A stretch of DNA of 64,000 bases from an uncultured Chitinophagaceae bacterium (GTDB taxonomy: Bacteria; Bacteroidota; Bacteroidia; Chitinophagales; Chitinophagaceae), in the NCBI GenBank assembly GCA_963790435.1, contig CAWBOI010000006.1, forward strand, positions 97,758 through 161,757, in the 5' to 3' direction. Positions 20,307 through 29,876 of this stretch are shown here, one piece after another. The translations under genes were made by a program, and so were the position numbers. The notes beneath the pieces were generated by a model, which ran no database searches, was not told the DNA's origin, and saw nothing but the letters and a program-made list of their open reading frames with translations. Every line of letters begins with the position of its first letter. Positions within the stretch are counted from its first letter, which is position 1.

Positions 20307-20371
20307 GTAAGAAAATCAGCTAATCAACCATTTGCTGATTAGCTGATTGTATAAAGATAAGAACTTCTTTC

Positions 20372-21559
20372 TTATTTCAGAATTTCAGTTACCTGACCAG
20401 CACCTACTGTACGACCACCTTCGCGAATAGCGAATTTCAAACCTTTTTCCATGGCTATTGGCTGAATTAGTTTTACAGTTAAGCTGATGTTATCACCAGG
20501 CATTACCATTTCTGTTCCTGCTGGCAATTCAACTTCACCGGTAACGTCGGTTGTACGGAAGTAGAACTGAGGACGGTATTTATTGAAGAATGGAGTATGA
20601 CGGCCACCTTCTTCTTTGCTCAACACATACACTTCGCATTTGAATTCAGTATGCGGTGTGATAGATTTTGGTTTTACGATAACCATACCGCGGCGGATAT
20701 CTTTCTTTTCAATACCACGCAATAACAAACCTGCGTTATCACCAGCCTGACCTTCGTCCAATAATTTTTTGAACATTTCAACGCCGGTTACTACCGAGTT
20801 CAATGGTGTTGGAATCAAGCCTACAATTTCAACCGCTTCACCTACTTTCACAATACCACGCTCGATACGACCTGTTGCAACAGTACCACGACCCGTGATA
20901 GAAAATACGTCTTCCACACTCATCAGGAATGGTTGATCAATCGGACGGGGAGGTAATGGAATGTAAGAATCCACAGCATCCATCAAATCTTCAACGGCTT
21001 TTACCCATTTTGCTTCACCGGCTAATGCACCGGTAGCAGAACCCTGGATGATGGGTGTGTTATCACCGTCAAAGCCATTTTTAGAAAGAATTTCGCGGAT
21101 TTCCATTTCTACAAGTTCTATCAATTCAGGATCATCCACAAGATCAACTTTATTCATAAACACTACCATGCGTGGAACGCCTACCTGGCGTGCCAACAGG
21201 ATGTGTTCGCGTGTTTGCGGCATTGGACCATCAGTAGCAGCTACTACAAGGATGGCACCATCCATTTGCGCAGCACCGGTAATCATGTTTTTCACATAAT
21301 CGGCATGACCCGGGCAGTCAACGTGCGCATAGTGGCGGTTTACAGTTTCATATTCAACGTGTGCAGTATTGATGGTAATGCCACGTTCCTTTTCTTCAGG
21401 AGCGGCATCAATTTCATCATACTTTCTTGCCTGAGCCATACCCTTGCTTGCAAGAATGGTGGTGATGGCGGCTGTTAATGTTGTTTTACCGTGGTCTACG
21501 TGACCAATAGTTCCAACATTTACGTGAGGTTTTTCCCTCTTAAAGGTCTCTTTAGACAT
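20372..21559 (-). CDS. tuf: Elongation factor Tu
   Basis: [37 protein letters not shown]. Confidence 0.99.
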   Translation of the reverse strand: MSKETFKREKPHVNVGTIGHVDHGKTTLTAAITTILASKGMAQARKYDEIDAAPEEKERGITINTAHVEYETVNRHYAHVDCPGHADYVKNMITGAAQMDGAILVVAATDGPMPQTREHILLARQVGVPRMVVFMNKVDLVDDPELIELVEMEIREILSKNGFDGDNTPIIQGSATGALAGEAKWVKAVEDLMDAVDSYIPLPPRPIDQPFLMSVEDVFSITGRGTVATGRIERGIVKVGEAVEIVGLIPTPLNSVVTGVEMFKKLLDEGQAGDNAGLLLRGIEKKDIRRGMVIVKPKSITPHTEFKCEVYVLSKEEGGRHTPFFNKYRPQFYFRTTDVTGEVELPAGTEMVMPGDNISLTVKLIQPIAMEKGLKFAIREGGRTVGAGQVTEILK

Positions 21560-21721
21560 TGTATCGGTTTTTTATGTTGTGTATTTATTAATTAAATAAG
21601 GTCTGCAAGTAACTGAATTGCTTGCAAACAATACCATAATATTTGTAATTGAAAATTGATAATGGTTAATTGATAAGAATCCAATCATCACAATTAAAAA
21701 GTAACCATCAACAATAAAAAG

Positions 21722-21793
<72 letters not shown>

Positions 21794-21878
21794 TTGCCAA
21801 ACAGATGATAACTGACCGTTGTAAACTGACAGAAAAAATGCCTGTCATGCGTCATCTGTTTTCTGTCATCTCAAAGAG

Positions 21879-21951
21879 AGCGGAAGACGAGAATCGAACC
21901 CGCAACCTATAGCTTGGAAGGCTATCGCTCTACCAGTTGAGCTACTTCCGC
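21879..21951 (-). tRNA. tRNA-Gly(TCC)
   Basis: GCGGAAG/CTTCCGC stem, anticodon loop CT-TCC-AA. Confidence 0.95.
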
Positions 21952-22010
21952 ATTTTTTGTGAATAGAACAATGTTAATTGTCAATCGAAAATAACCATTA
22001 GCAATAATTG

Positions 22011-22093
<83 letters not shown>

Positions 22094-22178
22094 AAATCAT
22101 TTTTGATTTATGAATTCGGAATTATGACTGATGTACAATAAAAGTCATAATTCCCAAATCAGCAATTACAAATCTACG

Positions 22179-22251
22179 AGCCACTTGTCGGAATCGAACC
22201 AACGACCTACTGATTACAAATCAGTTGCTCTACCAGCTGAGCTAAAGTGGC
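22179..22251 (-). tRNA. tRNA-Thr(TGT)
   Basis: GCCACTT/AAGTGGC stem, anticodon loop TT-TGT-AA. Confidence 0.95.
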
Positions 22252-22282
22252 AAACAAAGAACTGCCCGTTTTTTCGGGATTG

Positions 22283-22290
22283 CAAAGGTA
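22283..22290 (-). promoter_or_regulatory. -7 element of the tRNA-tuf operon
   Basis: TACCTTTG about 30 nt upstream of tRNA-Thr(TGT). Confidence 0.7.
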
Positions 22291-22367
22291 GAAGAAAACT
22301 TTATCTGGCAAAATATTGTACTCTTTTTTCTGAGGTTTTCATAAAAGAAATTACTGGCAGCACCAAC

Positions 22368-23747
22368 TTACCTTTTCAAAATAACTTTATCTTCTTTCCA
22401 TTCTATTTGTAAGTTCTTCTTACTGTTTGGAAATGGCTGAATAAAATCAACACTATAATTTTTAGAAAGATAAAACAACTCACCTCTCGACAAAATGACA
22501 ACACTTCGCATCGAATCTTTTTTAATGATCTTAACAGCACTTTCAAAGCCGTTGCGAAATATAAATGCGCCTCTGTATTCACCAGGAAGATGAGTGCAAA
22601 AAATTGTATCGGCACTGCCTGTCTGATACAAGGCTGAAATGGTTGCTTCGCTTACTTTACTGCTTCTCCTAAAATTGTCATAGCTCAATCGCAATGCAAT
22701 GATTTCTGCAATGAAAAGAAGATAGGCAAGCCATAGTTTTCTTTCAAAAACAAAGGCAATAATTTGCATGAAAAAAATAGCCAAAAACAAAGAAGGGAAA
22801 TATAAAAACCGTTCTGATTCAGTATCGTGCGTATCAATGCCAAGAGGAATGACCGGCACTAACGATAACAAAAAACAGACGCCGCTAACAACAATAACTG
22901 CATTTATTTTTTTACGAAAGAAAAAAAGCAACAATACAATTACGGCAAAAACAAAGGCAACTGTAAACACAAACAGTAGAGACGACTGCATGGGAGCAAC
23001 AACAGAACGCGCAACGAGCGCCGCCGCATTTTTGCACCAGCGGAGAAAGTTAAAATCAGTCATTCGTGCCGAGCCATAAGGCGTACCAATGATGTCGTTG
23101 GTAAACCAATATCTTCCCCCAAAATAAAGTGCAAAAACAAACCCGAAACCAGCGGCATAAAGATAGGAAGTTCGTTTGTTTTTGTTTGTTTTTGCCCAAA
23201 CTAAAACAACGATTATTAATGGCAATATCCACGCTTCTTCATAACTGAACAAAGCAAGCGCAAAGCAAAGTAATGAGCAGAGATACGACCAAACGGTTGT
23301 CTCTTTTCTTACAAAAAAAAGAATGCTTAGCAAAGAAAACAGTGTGCACAAAATAGCACCTCTGCCAACAATCCAAAATATGGCTTCACTATGAAAAGGA
23401 TAAAATAGAAAAATAAGGCTGGAAAGTAATGCCAGCTTGCCTGATAGCGCATTGTTGTTCCGTAAACGGAAGATGTTTTTTGCCAGAAAATATACGCACA
23501 GCACAGAAGCAAAATGGAGCACGAAACTGGTAATGTGAAAGCCGGTTGCATTCAATTTCCAAATGGAATAATCAAGATACAAAACGGCATCGGAAAGAGG
23601 CCGATAGGAATGTAGAATATGAGCAGGTTGCAAAGAAAAAAGCAGACTGTCCCAGTCATCACTTAAAAAATAAAGCTGCTCTGGCGGGTACAAAAAAACG
23701 AACAGGCCAAACGCCATTACTAAATACAAAGCATGTTTCCTGTTCAT
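22368..23747 (-). CDS. Multi-pass membrane protein, probable GT-C fold glycosyltransferase (GT39/ArnT/TMTC-like)
   Basis: About 10-11 TM segments, first-loop acidic motif SDDW followed by YRPLS, ERFLYFP motif, soluble C-terminal tail. Confidence 0.6.
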   Translation of the reverse strand: MNRKHALYLVMAFGLFVFLYPPEQLYFLSDDWDSLLFSLQPAHILHSYRPLSDAVLYLDYSIWKLNATGFHITSFVLHFASVLCVYFLAKNIFRLRNNNALSGKLALLSSLIFLFYPFHSEAIFWIVGRGAILCTLFSLLSILFFVRKETTVWSYLCSLLCFALALFSYEEAWILPLIIVVLVWAKTNKNKRTSYLYAAGFGFVFALYFGGRYWFTNDIIGTPYGSARMTDFNFLRWCKNAAALVARSVVAPMQSSLLFVFTVAFVFAVIVLLLFFFRKKINAVIVVSGVCFLLSLVPVIPLGIDTHDTESERFLYFPSLFLAIFFMQIIAFVFERKLWLAYLLFIAEIIALRLSYDNFRRSSKVSEATISALYQTGSADTIFCTHLPGEYRGAFIFRNGFESAVKIIKKDSMRSVVILSRGELFYLSKNYSVDFIQPFPNSKKNLQIEWKEDKVILKR

Positions 23748-23823
23748 ACATCGTCAAAGATATTGGAGAGCAAGTTTTTTGCATAAAAACAAAAAAGCCC
23801 CGTCGTAACGAGGCTTGTATTAT

Positions 23824-24126
23824 TTAAGCGGAAGCTAATTTTTCTTTTTTTCTTTTGATCTGGTTGATGGCAGAATACAAAGCGCTGTCGAACGATTCTT
23901 CAAACGACTTTGATGAAGCTTTTACAAACAATTTTTGGCGCGGCACGTGCACCCGAATTTCCACAATTTTATCTTTTAAATTATGTACCAAATTGTCTAA
24001 CTTCAAAAACACATCCACCTTGATAATCCGGTCGTGAAAGTTTTCTAACTTTTGAGTTTTGTCCATAACATAACTCAGCAGTTTGGAATCGGCATTGAAG
24101 TGAACCGACTGACAATTTACATTCAT
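23824..24126 (-). CDS. raiA: Ribosome hibernation factor RaiA/HPF
   Basis: SVHFNADSKL, KIVEIRVHVP, SFEESFDSA; xerC-raiA synteny. Confidence 0.88.
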   Translation of the reverse strand: MNVNCQSVHFNADSKLLSYVMDKTQKLENFHDRIIKVDVFLKLDNLVHNLKDKIVEIRVHVPRQKLFVKASSKSFEESFDSALYSAINQIKRKKEKLASA

Positions 24127-24306
24127 AATGATTGATTTTTATTGTGAGAAAATAGGAAGAATATTGGTTGAATGATGTAGTTTATGAAGGACAAGTTAGT
24201 GAATGGTTTGAATAAAAAATTGACAAAACAAAATTTTAATTTCTTTTTTATGTTGTGTGCATAAAAAAAAAGTTTAAGGCGCAGAAAATCACACTTCCAT
24301 TGCTGC

Positions 24307-25203
24307 CTAAGCTTTTGGATGCGCCTGCTTGTACACTTCTTTTAATTTTTCGATGGTGAGATGCGTGTAAACCTGCGTTGAAGCCAAACTCGAATGACCT
24401 AATAATTCTTTTACGGAATTCAGCTCAGCACCGTTGTTCATCAGGTGCGTAGCAAATGTGTGTCGTAAAATGTGCGGGCTCCGCTTCTCAATACTTGTGG
24501 TTGCACCCAAATATTTTTTTACAAAATTATACACCATTTTGGGGTATAAAGGTTTGCCTTTGCTATTGGTAAAAACAACATCCGTGTGGTTGGCAACAGG
24601 CTTTTGTGCAATGTAATTTTTAATAGAACTAAGTAGTTCATTCGATACCGGAATGAGGCGTTCTTTGTTCCCTTTGCCCAGCACTTTTATTTGGCTGTAA
24701 CTCCAATCAATGTTGCTTTCTTTCAGGTTGATTAATTCGCTCAAACGTATTCCGGTTGAATAAAAAAGAAGCAAAACCAAACGTTGTGTTCGTCCATCAT
24801 GGTCATCAGGAAATTCGATGTTTTGAAACAGTTTCTGCATGTCTTTTTCATCAACAAACTGTGGCAACCGCTTACTGATTTTGGGCGAAACAATGCTCTG
24901 CATTGGCGATTGTACAATAACGCCCTGCTTCAGTAAGTATTTAAAAAAAGATTGTAAGGCAGAAATTTTGCGGTTGATGCTTTTGTTGGTTAAGCCTTCT
25001 TCACTTTTAATATTGGCAAGCCAGGAACGTACCAAAGGCGTTGTGATTTCGGCGGGCAAAGGAGCGTCAAATTCTCTTTCTAAGTAATCGAAAAACTGGA
25101 ACAAATCGGTGTTATATGAAGCCAATGTATAGCCTGAATACTTTTTTTCAAACTGAAGAAACTGCAAAAAACGTTGCGCTTCTGCATTGTGTGGTGTGGG
25201 CAT
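24307..25203 (-). CDS. xerC: XerC-like chromosomal tyrosine recombinase
   Basis: STGIRLSEL, GKGNKER, PHILRHTFATHL, LLGHSSLASTQVYTH; conserved rpsU-xerC-raiA context; start set at MPTPHN. Confidence 0.85.
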   Translation of the reverse strand: MPTPHNAEAQRFLQFLQFEKKYSGYTLASYNTDLFQFFDYLEREFDAPLPAEITTPLVRSWLANIKSEEGLTNKSINRKISALQSFFKYLLKQGVIVQSPMQSIVSPKISKRLPQFVDEKDMQKLFQNIEFPDDHDGRTQRLVLLLFYSTGIRLSELINLKESNIDWSYSQIKVLGKGNKERLIPVSNELLSSIKNYIAQKPVANHTDVVFTNSKGKPLYPKMVYNFVKKYLGATTSIEKRSPHILRHTFATHLMNNGAELNSVKELLGHSSLASTQVYTHLTIEKLKEVYKQAHPKA

Positions 25204-25239
25204 AAAAAATAGTCGTAAAGCTACTGCCTTACGACTATT
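25204..25239 (-). terminator. Hairpin after rpsU
   Basis: aatagtcgtaa...ttacgactatt followed on the minus strand by a T tract. Confidence 0.65.
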
Positions 25240-25261
25240 ATACAACGGCTATTCTAAAAAA

Positions 25262-25459
25262 TTATTTCTCTATTTTGCCACTCGCCAGGTTTTGCTTATA
25301 GATTGCTTTCAGTACTTCGGTACGGCGTTTTACAGAAGGTTTTGTAAAGCTTTGACGCTCTCTTAACTGCAACAGCGCTTTGCTTTTTTCAAACTTCTTC
25401 TTATATTTTTTCAGCGCTTTGTCAATGTTTTCGCAATCTTTTGAATCAATGATCAGCAT
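25262..25459 (-). CDS. rpsU: 30S ribosomal protein S21
   Basis: ENIDKALKKYKKKFEK, LRERQSFTKPSVKRR. Confidence 0.95.
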   Translation of the reverse strand: MLIIDSKDCENIDKALKKYKKKFEKSKALLQLRERQSFTKPSVKRRTEVLKAIYKQNLASGKIEK

Positions 25460-25700
25460 AGTATTTATATACCCCCTTAGGTAAATTTTAGGGCGCGAAG
25501 ATAAAGGAATGGAATTGAATAATGAAAAGGGAAGATTGAATATTTTTATAAAAACAATTTGAAGTTTGTTTTTGCCCGATTTTTATTGTTGAAGTTGAAT
25601 CACTTGGAAGTTAACTACTTCTTTCCCAACTTCCGATCTTTCAGTCTTCCTGACTTTCCGAACTTCTCCATTTATATTTACAGCCTAACAGCATTGCAAT

Positions 25701-27732
25701 ATGAATAAACGTGTCGTTTTATTTTTTTTATCTGTCATCTGTCATCTCACTTCTGTCATCGCACAAGATGCCTGGACAATCAAAGCTACCAACATCAATC
25801 CTTCGGCTTATTTTGGTGAAACCGTTGCCAATGGCATGATTGGCATTGTGTCATCGCCCGATCCGTTTAAAGTGAAAGATGTGGTGCTGAACGGAGCGTT
25901 TGATTTGTATGGAAGAGGAAGAGTAAGCAACATCTTAAAAACATTCAACTTCCTGAATATGTATCTCGATGTTGACGGCCAGCGCATCGAAAGTTTTAAG
26001 CAGGTGCAGAACGTTCAGCAAACGCTGGATATGAAACACGCTAACCTTACCACAACGTTTGATTATGGCGATAAAGCCTACTGTTTCTTATACTTATTAT
26101 TCGTTGCGGCATTTGCCTTATACTGCTTTGGTTGATGTAACTATTAAGGCAAAAACAAACATCCAGATTGTTCCTGCTTCGGTGATGGAAGCACCTGATA
26201 TGCTGAAAGATGTAGAGAATTATTTTAACCAGATTGATCGTCCGCATGTAACCATTTCGTTGTTGACATCAACCGCTAAAAGTCCTACCGGCAAGCTGTT
26301 GATGGCAGCTTCCAATAGTTTTTTGTTTGATGAGCCGCATGGCAGCGAGCCATCTGTCATTCATGAGATGTGGGACAACAACATGCACCTTTTAAAATTC
26401 AAGAAAAACCTGAAGGCTGGTGAAACGTATCACTTTGCTATAGTGGGTTCTGCCATTACTTCTGCGCATGACGATGACCCGTTAAACGAAGCCGAACGCT
26501 TAACCATTTTTGCTACTTTGGAAGGCACAAAACGCTTGCTTCAATTTCATAACAGAGCATGGGATTCTCTTTGGAAAAGCGACATTATTATTGATGGCGA
26601 TGATGCCACACAACGCCAGGTGCACAGTATGATTTATCATTTGTATTCGTTTGCCAGAAGCGGCACTGCATATAGCTTATCGCCGATGGGTCTGAGTGGT
26701 TTGGGATATAATGGTCATGCGTTTTGGGATACCGAATTGTGGATGTATCCATCACTGTTGCTATTGCAGCCCGATATTGCAAAATCGTTATTGGAATATC
26801 GTTACCAACGGTTGGAAGCTGCAAAACACAATGCCTTTTCGCACGGTTACAAAGGAGCTATGTTTCCCTGGGAAAGCGCAGCCAGTGGTAATGAAGAAAC
26901 GCCTGTGTGGGCATTGAGCGGACCGTTTGAACATCATATTTCTGCTGACATTGCCATTGCTGCCTGGAACTATTATTCTGTTACGCAGGATAAGACCTGG
27001 CTTCGCGAAAGAGGCTATCCTTTGCTGAAAGAAACGGCTGATTTTTGGGCAAGTCGTGTTGAAAGAAATAGCCTTGGGCATTACGATATAAAGAATGTGG
27101 TGGCAGCCGATGAATGGGCGGAGAACGTTGACAACAACGCATTTACCAATGCCGCTGCCAGAGCCAATTTGAAGTATGCTACCGATGCTGCAAAACTATT
27201 AGGCATAACACCCGATGCCGACTGGATGAATGTTTATAACAACATCCCGATTTTAAAATTTGGGGACGGCGTAACCAAAGAACATGAGGCTTATAATGGT
27301 GAAAAAATAAAGCAGGCAGATGTAAACTTATTAGCCTATCCCTTGCATGAAACAACGGGCGTAACTGCTATTAAACGCGATTTGGATTATTACGAACCAC
27401 GTGTAGGTGAAGGTCCTGCTATGACACATGCCATCTTCTCTATTTTATATTCAAGACTGGGAATGCCCGATAGCGCTTATCGGGCTTTTAAAGTTGGTTT
27501 TGAACCTAATCAACGCCCGCCTTTTGGTGTAATTGCAGAAACCGCAACCGGCAACAATCCTTACTTTTCAACCGGTGCCGGCGGCATGATACAAGCGATG
27601 CTAAACGGCTTTGGCGGATTGGAAATTACACCGGCCGGAATTATTCAGTTAAAAACAAAATTGCCATCGCAGTGGAAGTCGCTAACGCTTACGGGTATTG
27701 GTGTTGGCAGGAAAACGTATGTTGTGAAATAG
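25701..27732 (+). CDS. Glycoside hydrolase family 65 protein, split by a +1 frameshift at about 26079
   Basis: YNGHAFWDTELW, VVAADEW and KIKQADVNL motifs. The ORFs join as GDKA/TVSYTYYSLRHLP if one base is removed. Confidence 0.85.
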
Positions 27733-27794
27733 GTTTGTTTTTAATTTTTTATTCTTATTGAAGTAAGGCTGTTTTAAAGAAAGTATGTTATTTG

Positions 27795-28692
27795 TTGGAA
27801 TGATATTTATCAGCAAAAACAAAAATCAACTTATACGACAACAGAAAGTAAGCTATATCACCTTAACACAATTACACTTCATGTAACAACATCTGGCAAT
27901 CCTGCATCGCCTGCCATCCTTTTCCTGCATGGCTTTCCTTCATTTTGGTATAGCTGGCAACAACAAATTGAATTCTTGGAGCAGAATTTTTATGTAATTG
28001 TTCCTGATCAAAGAGGTTATAATCTGAGCCAGAAGCCGCAACAGGTAAAGGATTACAAGCTTTCCGTTTTAGTGGAAGACATGGTGCAACTATTGGCGAT
28101 GTTGCAAGCAAAAGATATCATTGTAGTGGGGCACGACTGGGGTGGCATTGTAGCCTGGGCGTTGTTAAAGCAACATCCCAACTTAGTAAAGAAGGCAATC
28201 ATTATCAACGCACCTTATTTGCCTGCTTACACTAAATTCACGTTCAGGCAACTGTTCAAAAGCTGGTATGTGTACTTCTTTCAATTGCCCCGCCTGCCGG
28301 AATGGATGATGCGCAGAAAGCGGTTTGACATGCTGAAAAAAACATTGCTGAAAACTTCCCTGCGCGGCACATTTTCAGAGGAAGACTTGCTGCGTTACGA
28401 AGAAGCCTGGTCGCAAAAGGGAAGTCTTATAGCAATGATCAACTGGTATCGTGCGTTGGCGAGATATGCAAGCGATGCCAAAACCATTTTTGGTGCAAAA
28501 ACAAAAATTGAAACGCCGGTGTTGTTATTATGGGGAATGAAAGATGCGTTTTTAGAACCGGAGAGTGGGCTGTGTCCAAAAGCGCATTGCTCTCATTTTA
28601 TAACCAAACAATACGAAGATGCAACGCATTGGCTGCCGATGGAAATGAGTGAAAAAGTGAATAGAGACATCCTGACTTTCATCAATGAATAA
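27795..28692 (+). CDS. Alpha/beta hydrolase (epoxide hydrolase-like); N-terminus extends upstream of the ORF-track start
   Basis: In-frame upstream ILFLHGFPSFWYSW, PDQRGYNLS, nucleophile GHDWGG, catalytic His in ATHWL; no canonical in-frame start found. Confidence 0.8.
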
Positions 28693-28752
28693 AATGCGTT
28701 TTCTTTTTTGTTTTTGCACGAAGATCTTAGCGTTACCTGTTACCTCATCCTC

Positions 28753-29628
28753 TCAATTGCCACCTGTAAATCGTTTGTTCTCTAACTCATTCTGAATGTT
28801 TGGCGGCAACGCAGAAAGTAAATCACAATTGCATTTGCTTTCAATGTCTTTTACAGTCGTAACATAATTCATCCAGTTGGGTACAATGCTGTTATCGTTG
28901 GGCGTATCAATGGCTATCACGGTGGTATTGTTATCCATTCTTGCCAAATCGTTATTGCCATCAGAAATAATCACGGCTACTTTCCAAATGTGTGCAGGTA
29001 CGGCAATTCGTCCATACCCAATGCTGGTTCTGTATCCGCGGCTACCCGTGCCGCCCACACCATAATTGCCCATCACCACATACACTTCATTGCCGGCATT
29101 CACTTTGTCGCGGCAATACCGTTCAAAGTGTTCCCAGGTTTGCTGGTTGTTGCGCGGCGCCTGTGGTACAATGTTGTCCATTAAAAACGTAGCTGAATTG
29201 GCTTCCTGTGTGGCGGTTCTGTCTCCCGAAGGGCAGTTATGACCTTTATCAAAACCTGAACCTTTGTAATTGTTGGGCGATACTTCGTACCAGCCGAACG
29301 GCAGGCTTTCATCTGGTCTGAAATCATTCAAACGGTCAACGCTTCCCAGGTCGGATGCGCCGATGTGCCAGCTTACCCAGTTGGGTATGGCTTTGGTGCT
29401 GTTGTAACTTTCGATGTAATATGTATGATCAATTAAATAATTATCGGGCTGGCTGCTGCTGTGTTGTGCGCCGGTTGGGTTGCCCAGCAGCAAATTGCCA
29501 TTGTCGGATGCAACACCGGGTTTGTTTCGTAACGAATCGTTTTTGTTATTACAGAATTTAATAAAGAAGATAACAATGATGATAACAATGATCAATGTGA
29601 GAATGGCATTGTTGTTTCTCCGGTTCAT
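28753..29628 (-). CDS. DNA/RNA non-specific endonuclease (NucA-like), membrane-anchored
   Basis: DKGHNCPSGDR, NSATFLMDNIVPQ, WEHFE, VPAHIWKV; N-terminal TM segment. Confidence 0.9.
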   Translation of the reverse strand: MNRRNNNAILTLIIVIIIVIFFIKFCNNKNDSLRNKPGVASDNGNLLLGNPTGAQHSSSQPDNYLIDHTYYIESYNSTKAIPNWVSWHIGASDLGSVDRLNDFRPDESLPFGWYEVSPNNYKGSGFDKGHNCPSGDRTATQEANSATFLMDNIVPQAPRNNQQTWEHFERYCRDKVNAGNEVYVVMGNYGVGGTGSRGYRTSIGYGRIAVPAHIWKVAVIISDGNNDLARMDNNTTVIAIDTPNDNSIVPNWMNYVTTVKDIESKCNCDLLSALPPNIQNELENKRFTGGN

Positions 29629-29683
29629 AAGCGATAAGCATTACTAACAAACAAAGCTATTGAAAAGATGGGTTGATGATTAT

Positions 29684-29777
29684 GTCATTCCGCACAAAGC
29701 TCCCGCTATTTCGATAAATGCTGGAGTTCGTGTTGAGGACATCCCGACGAGTCGGGACAAGTCTTGCGGAATAATGA
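29684..29777. repeat. REP-like composite hairpin (GTCATTCCGC family)
   Basis: gtcattccgca ... tgcggaataatga outer arms with an inner tcccgacgagtcggga hairpin. Confidence 0.6.
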
Positions 29778-29876
29778 AGAGATATACCTGTTATTATCAA
29801 AAAATAACACAGCCTCTAATCAAATCAATGCAAAAACAAATCAATGCTTTTGTACATTCGCGCCTTTCTCTTATTT

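Noticed and set aside
24307-25203. xerC as the integrase of an integron or prophage
   Set aside because: It sits in the conserved rpsU-xerC-raiA context, no IntI-specific insertion was recognised, it is 36 kb from the cassette, and no phage genes are nearby.
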